Positions 21,221 through 28,242 of a stretch of DNA of 37,373 nucleotides are shown piece after piece. Origin of the DNA: Chloroflexota bacterium (GTDB lineage Bacteria > Chloroflexota > Dehalococcoidia > E44-bin15); the NCBI GenBank assembly GCA_034659515.1, contig JAYEHL010000184.1:1-37373 (forward strand). Direction: 5' to 3'. The number at the start of each line of letters is the position of its first letter. Position 1 is the stretch's first letter. The notes under the pieces are model-generated. The model was not told where the DNA came from. It was given only the letters and a program-made list of their open reading frames with translations, and did not search any database. Position numbers and translations under genes: made by a program.

Positions 21221-21272
21221 CATCGCCCGACGAATTGATCGGGCAATCCAGGGGGCGGCTTTCAAAGCCGCC
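21221..21272. repeat. hairpin repeat, module 3 plus ATCCAG-hairpin module
   Basis: CATCGCCCGACGAATTGATCGGGCAATCCAGGGGGCGGCTTTCAAAGCCGCC. It shares CATCGCCCGA..TTGATCGGGC(AATCCAG) with 20580-20600 and 24193-24241, and ends in a 9-bp hairpin GGCGGCTTT/AAAGCCGCC. Confidence 0.8.
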
Positions 21273-21299
21273 GCGGTTTTAAAACTCAGGTTCATCCTC

Positions 21300-23477
21300 T
21301 TATCCCTGTTCGCTCAGGACATGGTTGACCTCGTAATTCTTCGTTACGATAAAATTCGCTTCACTCTTCGATTTTTGGATAATACGATGTTCTATCTCCA
21401 ATACTTTCAGGATGAATTGAAAGTCTTGACCAGGGTCGCGGTTGAAGTTTCTTTCTTTTATTTCATTTATTCTGCTTTGGTAATCCGATTCCAAAAAGAT
21501 TTTCAAAGACGCATTTTTCAAAAGCATGCTATAGGTAAGATCGACAAAGACGATTTCCGTGGTCGTGAGGTCGACTGGCACATTTTCATACTTTTTCGAT
21601 TCTAATCGCCTGCAGTCGGAGGGAATAAAGACTTCCCGAGTTTCCTTTTTTATAGCGCGATCCAGAATCAAATCTAGTTGTTCTAGATTTATCTCTGAAG
21701 GCCCCAGGCATTGGCTAAGTTTGTTCTCACCGTAAGCTTTAAGTCGCTTCTTGTGGTTCTCTGCCGGTGTCAGCTTAAAAAATACATCTCCTGCTATCGT
21801 TGTCCCCCAAAAATTTTGCCTTCTCAACAGATACCGCAGATATTCCGCGATTTCGGTCTTACCCACCCCTGACTCGCCTCCGAGAGCAGCTATGACCCGC
21901 TCTTTTCTATATCGTGCCTTCTTGATTTCTTCAACGATGTACGGAAGCAGCTCCTCCGCCGCTTTTTTATGGCGTGGTTTTATGTGGGGGGGATCTCCTC
22001 GCCAGGTAAAAGTCGATCGATGGTAGGATCGGTGAATCCTTCTTCCAGAAATGGATTCCATTGTTCCGTGAGGAGATTTTCCTTGGCAAAGTAAATCTAC
22101 GATTTCTCCCTGTTTATGTCCTATAGCTTCCCAGTTAAATTCACTTCGGGCTAGCCTATAACCATCTGACGCCAGTTGATTCAGTCGTGTCTTACGGTTC
22201 AATATCATGATCAGCCTTTGCGCGGCGTTGTGAGGATCGTTCGGATCCACAACAATCGCCTCTTTCTCATCGGTGATCCATCTTGTAACGCCCGCGGCTT
22301 TTGAGACCATGACCGGTGCGCGAGCCGCCATTGCCTCCACCACACCCATGCCGAAAGGTTCCATCATTTGCATTCCGATGTAGAACAGACAGTGATGAAC
22401 GAGAACGGCTAAAATCTCCCAGGGTTGACTGGGCAGCCTTACCACCTCATTTTCCGATAATTCGTAATCTTTCATTACTGCAATAATATTGTTTTCGATA
22501 TTGATTTCTTCAAGCGGTGGCTTTTCTTGAGATCCTCCCACAAGAACAAGTTTAAGCCCTTTCATAAGCTGAGGAGCCAGCCGACATGCTTCGCCGAAGA
22601 CCTTCACGACTCCGGGAACATTCTTTGCCTCTGAGAAACGACCGAAATAAATAAAATATTTTCGGGGTGTCAGATTGTATCTATTCAATAAATCCGTTCG
22701 AGGATTTTTGTGTGCGTTAAAAAAATCATTTCCCGCGCCGGCAGGCATGACGAGATGCGGGAATTCACGTTTATAGTATTCTTTCAAAATAGCAGGTTCT
22801 TGCCATGAGTTCGCTATTTCAAAATTTGCTCCTTTGAGAGCCGCCATTTCAAAGCTTTCTCTTGTTCCAAAATTATACTCTTCGCCGAGCCATGTTTCAG
22901 GGTCGTAGGGGTCATATCCGAGAGATATCACTTTATTGATACCAAGCGAATGTGGAATTGCGATAGTTGGTATTTGAAGCCTTTCGCCTATTTCAAGAGC
23001 TATAGTCATACCGTCCGCATAGTGACCTACAACCGCATGTGCGCCAAAGAGAGCTGAAACGGCGACGGCCTTTTCCGCCAGCTCCGGAACAAGAGGGTAT
23101 ATCTCTTCCTTACGTACGAATTCATCGCTACCTGCAGGGATGCGTACAAGCCATAGGTTTTTTGCAAAGGATTCTACGATTGGGTATGGTTTGAACCATC
23201 TCGCTAAAATGATCACCTTTCTTCCCTGCGAGGCCCATGTTCTCGCTACTTCCAGCACATAATACGTTTGCCCCCCCGTATCAGGCACTCCGGCAGGCGG
23301 CGGGTTGTCCCAGTAACCATGCGTGGAGACCATCACGATGCGATTTGCACGTTTGGGAATTCTTTTTCTCAAGAAGGTAGGAATGCGGTATTTTTGAAAG
23401 GTATCATAATATTCTTGCAGGAGATTTGGTGCCAGGTCATATTTTAAAGCCTGATTTTTAAGTTTTTGATCGCTCAA
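21300..23477 (-). CDS. fusion protein: sucrose-phosphate-synthase-like GT4 glycosyltransferase (about aa 45-465) plus uridine-kinase/PRK-like P-loop domain (about aa 505-725)
   Basis: N-terminus: VSTHGYWDNPPPAGVPDTGGQTYYVLEVARTWA (the DTGGQ box of the SPS/SuSy clade) and EPFGMGVVEAMAA (GT-B C-lobe). C-terminus: Walker A GGESGVGKT (nt 21855-21881), GDVFFK, VFVDLTYSML and FLESDYQSRINEIKERN, collinear with Udk as I recall it. The TTG start at 23477 is uncertain; the next Met is aa 49. Confidence 0.8.
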   Translation of the reverse strand: MSDQKLKNQALKYDLAPNLLQEYYDTFQKYRIPTFLRKRIPKRANRIVMVSTHGYWDNPPPAGVPDTGGQTYYVLEVARTWASQGRKVIILARWFKPYPIVESFAKNLWLVRIPAGSDEFVRKEEIYPLVPELAEKAVAVSALFGAHAVVGHYADGMTIALEIGERLQIPTIAIPHSLGINKVISLGYDPYDPETWLGEEYNFGTRESFEMAALKGANFEIANSWQEPAILKEYYKREFPHLVMPAGAGNDFFNAHKNPRTDLLNRYNLTPRKYFIYFGRFSEAKNVPGVVKVFGEACRLAPQLMKGLKLVLVGGSQEKPPLEEINIENNIIAVMKDYELSENEVVRLPSQPWEILAVLVHHCLFYIGMQMMEPFGMGVVEAMAARAPVMVSKAAGVTRWITDEKEAIVVDPNDPHNAAQRLIMILNRKTRLNQLASDGYRLARSEFNWEAIGHKQGEIVDLLCQGKSPHGTMESISGRRIHRSYHRSTFTWRGDPPHIKPRHKKAAEELLPYIVEEIKKARYRKERVIAALGGESGVGKTEIAEYLRYLLRRQNFWGTTIAGDVFFKLTPAENHKKRLKAYGENKLSQCLGPSEINLEQLDLILDRAIKKETREVFIPSDCRRLESKKYENVPVDLTTTEIVFVDLTYSMLLKNASLKIFLESDYQSRINEIKERNFNRDPGQDFQFILKVLEIEHRIIQKSKSEANFIVTKNYEVNHVLSEQG

Positions 23478-23690
23478 AATATAAATTCCCCTGTCACTAT
23501 TTAACCTTGCAGCAACGCTATCCTAACACTCGAAATCAGCGGCTCTTGAAGTGGCAAAACCGCGTGGAAAATCCGCTGCGTTAAGTGGTTAGGAGCTTTT
23601 AAAAAATTACACTTCGCTGGTTTTTATTGTAACACTTTCATCGTGGCTGGGATAAGAACACCCCTAATCCTTCCGATACCGGAATGACCG

Positions 23691-23709
23691 GCAGGAGAAT
23701 TTCTCCTGC
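23691..23709 (-). terminator. perfect 9-bp hairpin 20 nt downstream of the Smr gene stop (no U-tract)
   Basis: GCAGGAGAA-t-TTCTCCTGC as read on the + strand. On the - strand it is followed by CGGTCATTCC, so it is not a canonical intrinsic terminator. Confidence 0.25.
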
Positions 23710-23728
23710 ACCGCTTTTCCAGCAGTCT

Positions 23729-23983
23729 CTAAAATCTGAAGTGAACGAAAATCCTTCCGAAATTCTTGTCGTCTTTCTCCAGCCGATGGTATTGTTTCTT
23801 TATCTCCGGCTTCATTAGAAATCGCAAAACATGCTTTTTCAATTGTCCGCTTCCCTTGCCGGGAATAATCTCCACTAAGGCGATCTTCTTTTCCACCGCC
23901 TCCGCGATAACCCTGTTTAGCTCCGCGTCGATGGCGAGACCCCTGTTATAGATATCGTGCAGGTCCAGTTTGATTTTTGCCAT
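23729..23983 (-). CDS. small Smr-domain protein
   Basis: 84 aa: KLDLHD...A...L...I.......ALVEIIPGKGSGQLKKHVLRFL follows the Smr pattern (LDLHG ... IIHGKGSG.L). Here HD replaces HG and IPGKG replaces IHGKG. AAGGA lies 8 nt upstream of the ATG. Confidence 0.65.
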   Translation of the reverse strand: MAKIKLDLHDIYNRGLAIDAELNRVIAEAVEKKIALVEIIPGKGSGQLKKHVLRFLMKPEIKKQYHRLEKDDKNFGRIFVHFRF

Positions 23984-24018
23984 TGAAGATTTCCTTAGGG
24001 TTCAACCCCCTGTGATCC

Positions 24019-24241
24019 TAATCCCCCTTAGTCCCCCTTTGCGAAAGGGGGAGTTTTAAGGTTAGGGGACACCCCTAAAACCCCGGTCCTTCCAATTCTG
24101 GAAGGACACCGCTGCTTCAACGCCCCCTGTCCTTCCGCGGAAGGACTTCCCCCTCTTTGTCAAAGAGGGGGTTAGGGGGAGTTCGTGTTCCTCATTGCCC
24201 GACTTGATCAGGCAATCCAGAGGGCGAATTGCAATTCGCTC
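24019..24241. repeat. mosaic hairpin repeat, composite copy B (module 1 at 24019-24063, module 2 at 24146-24185, module 3 plus ATCCAG-hairpin at 24193-24241)
   Basis: Same orientation as copy A. Module 1 differs by 1 substitution and 1 indel; module 2 matches at 39/40. The centre is unrelated and carries its own hairpins: GTCCTTCCA-attc-TGGAAGGAC (24086-24107) and the palindrome GTCCTTCCGCGGAAGGAC (24129-24146). Confidence 0.85.
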
Positions 24242-24244
24242 TTA

Positions 24245-24643
24245 CTAAAGCGAATCCAGGTGTATTTCCGGGTCTTCTTCTACTTCCGCGTACCACGGCT
24301 CGGGGTCTATGTCCTGAAGCGCGGTGGCGGCCGCTCGCCGCACCAGCGTGTCGTTGTCATCGAGCGCCTCGGTGAGCGCGGGGATCGCCGCCTCGACGAT
24401 ATCTTTGTGGCTGATCCCGATCTTGCCGATGGCGCCCGCGGCTGCGGAGCGCGTCATCGAATCCCAGTGCTTGAGCGCATCGATAAGGGCCGGGATCGCC
24501 CCGGCGGCGTCGGGGCCGAGTTTTGATAGTGCATTGGCGGCTGCGTAGCGTAGCGAGTTGTTCTTGCTTTTTAGCGCCCCGGTAAGGCCCTCGATGTTCC
24601 GGCTGGCGGCTAGTTCGCCGATATTCGTTTTGAGTTTGCTCAT
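24245..24643 (-). CDS. small HEAT-repeat (PBS-lyase-type) protein
   Basis: 132 aa with three or four repeats of the R..AA.ALG.IG...A...L...L.D type (LRYAAANALSKLGPDAAGAIPALIDAL; TRSAAAGAIGKIG; LVRRAAATALQDI). Confidence 0.7.
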   Translation of the reverse strand: MSKLKTNIGELAASRNIEGLTGALKSKNNSLRYAAANALSKLGPDAAGAIPALIDALKHWDSMTRSAAAGAIGKIGISHKDIVEAAIPALTEALDDNDTLVRRAAATALQDIDPEPWYAEVEEDPEIHLDSL

Positions 24644-24682
24644 GTTATTGCCGTTCTTTCAGTATGTGAGTATTCTCAGTCG

Positions 24683-24710
24683 ATCCAGAGGGCGAATCGC
24701 AATTCGCCCC
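24683..24710. repeat. ATCCAG-hairpin module, solo copy
   Basis: ATCCAGAGGGCGAATCGCAATTCGCCCC. Compare AATCCAGAGGGCGAATTGCAATTCGC at 24214-24239 and AATCCAGGGGGCGGC... at 21245. Lies between the HEAT gene start and the ispG stop. Confidence 0.75.
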
Positions 24711-24719
24711 TACCTCTAT

Positions 24720-25766
24720 TTAAAATTTCTCGACCTCCGCCATCAGCGCGTCGAGGAAATCGGGCTCGTCGACTATCCGCACCTGTTTACCGTTGCGGAA
24801 GAGAATGCCTTTTCCCTTTCCGCAGGCGATGCCTACATCGGCATGTTTCGCTTCTCCAGGACCGTTGACCACGCAGCCCATCACTGCTACTCTGAGCGGC
24901 TTTTCCACCCGCGCCATGCGTCTTTCCACAGCGTTTGCGAGGGATATAATATCGACCTCGACTCGTCCGCACGTGGGACAGCTCACCAGCGTCGGGCCGT
25001 GCCGGCTGAGATCGAGCGACTTCAGTATCTCGTATCCGGCGGTCACCTCCTCGCGGGGGTCGCCGGTCAGCGATACGCGTATCGTGTCGCCGATGCCCTC
25101 CCACAGCAGGATGCCGATGCCGACGGCGCTGCGGATAGCGCCGCGTTTGGGCGTGCCCGCCTCGGTGATGCCGATGTGGATGGGGTAGGGCATGCGCTTC
25201 GCCAGCAATCGATTGGCCTCGATGGTATCGAGCACGTCGAACGCCTTGAGCGAGACTTTAATCAGATCGAAGTCGAGGCTCTCCAGCAGGTCGATCTCGC
25301 CCATCGCGGCGTCCACCATGCGCTCGACGGTCGTCTTCGTCGCATCGCTTGCCGGTGGCAGGCTCCCCGCGTTGACGCCGATGCGTATCGGTATGTCGCG
25401 CTCCTTCGCTGCCAGCACGACGCGCTTGATATGGGCGGGGTCGGATATGTTCCCCGGGTTTAGCCGCAGCCCGTCGGCGCCAGCATCGATCGATTGGAGG
25501 GCGAGGCGATGGTCGAAATGTATATCGGCGATGAGGGGAATGTTTATCGCCTTCCTGATCGCCGACAGCGCATCGGCGGCCTCGGTATCGGGCACGGCTA
25601 CGCGCACCAGCTGGCAGCCGCATCGCTCGAGTTTTTTTATCTGCCGGATCGTCGCCTTCGAATCGCGTGTATCCGTCTTGGCCATCGACTGGACTATGAT
25701 CGGCGCGCCGCCACCGACGGTGACATCGCCGATGTGTATAGGTCGGGAGTTGCGGCGACGGATCAT
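24720..25766 (-). CDS. ispG: 4-hydroxy-3-methylbut-2-enyl diphosphate synthase (GcpE)
   Basis: The real start is the internal ATG 25766, an ATGA overlap with the rseP stop. MIRRRNSRPIHIGDVTVGGGAPIIVQSMAKTDT; cluster cysteines in SCPTCGR and GCVVNGPGE. Confidence 0.95.
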   Translation of the reverse strand: MIRRRNSRPIHIGDVTVGGGAPIIVQSMAKTDTRDSKATIRQIKKLERCGCQLVRVAVPDTEAADALSAIRKAINIPLIADIHFDHRLALQSIDAGADGLRLNPGNISDPAHIKRVVLAAKERDIPIRIGVNAGSLPPASDATKTTVERMVDAAMGEIDLLESLDFDLIKVSLKAFDVLDTIEANRLLAKRMPYPIHIGITEAGTPKRGAIRSAVGIGILLWEGIGDTIRVSLTGDPREEVTAGYEILKSLDLSRHGPTLVSCPTCGRVEVDIISLANAVERRMARVEKPLRVAVMGCVVNGPGEAKHADVGIACGKGKGILFRNGKQVRIVDEPDFLDALMAEVEKF

Positions 25767-27100
25767 CTCAGGAAACCTTCCCCGCTGATTAGTCGTGCAA
25801 TATCGTTGTAGCTTATAACTACGAAAAGCATCATCAGAAGCGCGAATCCGACGAGGTGCACCATTCCTTCCTTTTTCGCCGATATCCGCTTCCCTTTGCG
25901 GATACATTCGAGAACAACGAAGACGAGTCTTCCTCCGTCCAGTGCCGGGACCGGCAGCAGGTTCATTATGCCCAGGATTATGCTGATGAGCGCTGCGAAC
26001 TCGAACAGCGCCGTCGCGCCGCCTATAGCGGTCACTTCATTTGTGAGCTGGGCGATGCCTATGGGTCCGGCGATGGCGTCCTTGGCCGGTACATCGCCGG
26101 AGAACAGCATGCCGAATGAATCCTTTATGCCCACGTAAATCGAGCCGCATTCGGCAAAACCCTTGGGTATGGCTTCCCAGGGGGGATACGCGATTTTTGC
26201 ATATGTACCGGGGGCGGATATAATACCCAGCGCTCCCTGTCCTTGAGGTATCTCCTCTTTAGTTCTGGGAACGATAGTGACCTCTAATTGCGAGCCTTCC
26301 CGCGATATGAGGAGTGTGACCTCCTGCCCGGCCTTCGCTGCTGTAATTTCGTTCAATTCGCCGGGGGTATCCACCTGCTCGCCATCGACGGCAAGGATTA
26401 CATCGTTTACCTTTAGACTTGCATTGGCGGCCGGGGAGTCCTCGCTGACGTTGCCGATCATGAGGCCCATATTGTGCGCCACTATACCCAGCGGACTTTC
26501 TCCCTCCGGTATTTCACTCGCTGCGGGTACTACCGGAACATCGAATTGCGAGCCGTTGCGTGATACCAGCAACGTGATCTCCTGCCCGGCCTTCATGTCT
26601 ATGATTTTATTCAACTGGTCGGGGGTAAATACCTGCTCTCCGTCGACACTCACTATGATATCGTTTATTTCGAGTCCGGCTGCCGCGGCCGCTGATCCGT
26701 CGATCACATTCGTAATGCGGGGGGCGTCATCCACCGGACGGTCGAGCGGCAGCATGTAGGATAGCGGCAGGAGCCAGAGGGGGAACAGGAGCATAAATAC
26801 CGATCCGGCGCTGAGGACAATGAGCCTGACCTTGGGACTCTTGCTCGCCAGGCTGTCCGGCACGTCCGGGTCCTCCTCGCCAGCCATCTTGCAGAAGCCG
26901 CCCAGCGGTATCCAGTTGAGCGACCATATCGTGCCCCACTTCTCGAAATGAAGGTGGCGGATGCGCGGCGGCAGTCCGATGCCGAACTCCTCCACTTTTA
27001 TCTTGGCGAGCTTGGCCGTGATATAGTGTCCCGCCTCGTGTACAATGACAAGCACCGTGAGTATGGCGAGAAATATAACGATCGATATAAAGATACTCAT
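25763..27100 (-). CDS. rseP: RIP site-2 zinc metalloprotease RseP/RasP with two PDZ domains
   Basis: The real start is ATG 27100, an ATGA overlap with the dxr stop. HEAGHY in TM1, two tandem PDZ-like repeats (...LEINDIIVSVDGEQV... / ...LKVNDVILAVDGEQV...) and NLLPVPALDGG. Confidence 0.9.
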   Translation of the reverse strand: MSIFISIVIFLAILTVLVIVHEAGHYITAKLAKIKVEEFGIGLPPRIRHLHFEKWGTIWSLNWIPLGGFCKMAGEEDPDVPDSLASKSPKVRLIVLSAGSVFMLLFPLWLLPLSYMLPLDRPVDDAPRITNVIDGSAAAAAGLEINDIIVSVDGEQVFTPDQLNKIIDMKAGQEITLLVSRNGSQFDVPVVPAASEIPEGESPLGIVAHNMGLMIGNVSEDSPAANASLKVNDVILAVDGEQVDTPGELNEITAAKAGQEVTLLISREGSQLEVTIVPRTKEEIPQGQGALGIISAPGTYAKIAYPPWEAIPKGFAECGSIYVGIKDSFGMLFSGDVPAKDAIAGPIGIAQLTNEVTAIGGATALFEFAALISIILGIMNLLPVPALDGGRLVFVVLECIRKGKRISAKKEGMVHLVGFALLMMLFVVISYNDIARLISGEGFLR

Positions 27101-28242
27101 CTTGCAGCTCTCTCCCTGGCCCACGAATCGGCGGCTAGCACATCGTCCAGCGCCGGTTCGGCAATGCTCGAATGCTCGTCGATCACTGATGATATTATTC
27201 TCGGTATATCCATAAATCCTATTTGACCTTTGAGAAATCTGTCAACCGCTACCTCATCGGCGGCGGAGAGCACTGCCGGATAGGTGCCTCCCGCGCGGCT
27301 GGCCTCGAACGCCAGCCTGAGGCAGGGGAATTTATCCATATCCGGCGCTTCGAAGGTGAGGGCGCTGCCCGCCGAACCGTTCTCGATGTTGATGAAATCG
27401 AGGTGCGGCAGGCTATCGTTCTGTACGCGCTCCGGATAGAAAAGGGCGTACTGGATGGGAAAGCGCATGTCCGGTATGCTGAGCTGGGCCTTCACCGAAC
27501 CGTCGGCGAACTCCACCATCGAATGAATTATGCTTTGAGGATGTATCAGTACGTCTATCTTATCGATCGGCGTCTCGAACAGCCAGCTGAGCTCGATGGC
27601 CTCGAAGCCTTTGTTCATCAGCGTGGCCGAGTCGATTGTGACCTTGGGGCCCATGTTCCAGGTGGGATGCGCCAGCGCCTGCTGCGGCGTAACGGCTTCG
27701 ATCTCGTTCGTCGCCGACTTCCGAAAGGGACCGCCGGACGCGGTGAGGATCAGCCGCCGTATCGATTTATCCTCGCCCTGGAGGCACTGCCATATGGCGC
27801 TGGGCTCGCTGTCGATCGGCATGATCGTTACGCCATGCTTCCTCGCCTCGGCGGTTACGATCGCTCCAGCCGCCACCAGCGCCTCCTTGGTTGCGAGGGC
27901 GATGCTCTTCCCGGCCCGTATCGCCGCCAGCGTGGGCGCGAGCCCCGCCATACCGGAGATCGAAACGACCACCATATCGACATCGGGATGCGCCGCCATC
28001 TCTTCGGCGGTAACGATCTCGCAATCGAGGTCACCCGGTTTATCGCGGCCATCCGCCGAGTCGATCGCCGCCAGCTTCGGTCTGAACTCTTGGATCTGCT
28101 GGCGCAGCAGGTCGACATTTCTCCCGGCGGCTAAACCGGCTATATGCAGGCGCTCGGGGAAGGATCGAACTATGTCGAGGGTCTGGCGGCCGATAGAACC
28201 GGTGGAGCCGAGGACGGCCAGATGCTTTACATCACCACCCAT
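27097..28242 (-). CDS. dxr: 1-deoxy-D-xylulose 5-phosphate reductoisomerase
   Basis: The real start is ATG 28242, the 241st codon of the supplied ORF, overlapping the cdsA end by 16 nt. MGGDVKHLAVLGSTGSIGRQTLDIV; SEPSAIWQC and NKGFE motifs. Confidence 0.95.
   Translation of the reverse strand: MGGDVKHLAVLGSTGSIGRQTLDIVRSFPERLHIAGLAAGRNVDLLRQQIQEFRPKLAAIDSADGRDKPGDLDCEIVTAEEMAAHPDVDMVVVSISGMAGLAPTLAAIRAGKSIALATKEALVAAGAIVTAEARKHGVTIMPIDSEPSAIWQCLQGEDKSIRRLILTASGGPFRKSATNEIEAVTPQQALAHPTWNMGPKVTIDSATLMNKGFEAIELSWLFETPIDKIDVLIHPQSIIHSMVEFADGSVKAQLSIPDMRFPIQYALFYPERVQNDSLPHLDFINIENGSAGSALTFEAPDMDKFPCLRLAFEASRAGGTYPAVLSAADEVAVDRFLKGQIGFMDIPRIISSVIDEHSSIAEPALDDVLAADSWARERAAR

Noticed and set aside
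20396-24241. Possible CRISPR array suggested by repeated palindromic G/C-rich units
   Set aside because: There are only two full composite copies plus two partial modules. Spacing is irregular and on the kilobase scale, with protein genes in between. Unit structure is modular rather than repeat-spacer, and no cas genes are present.
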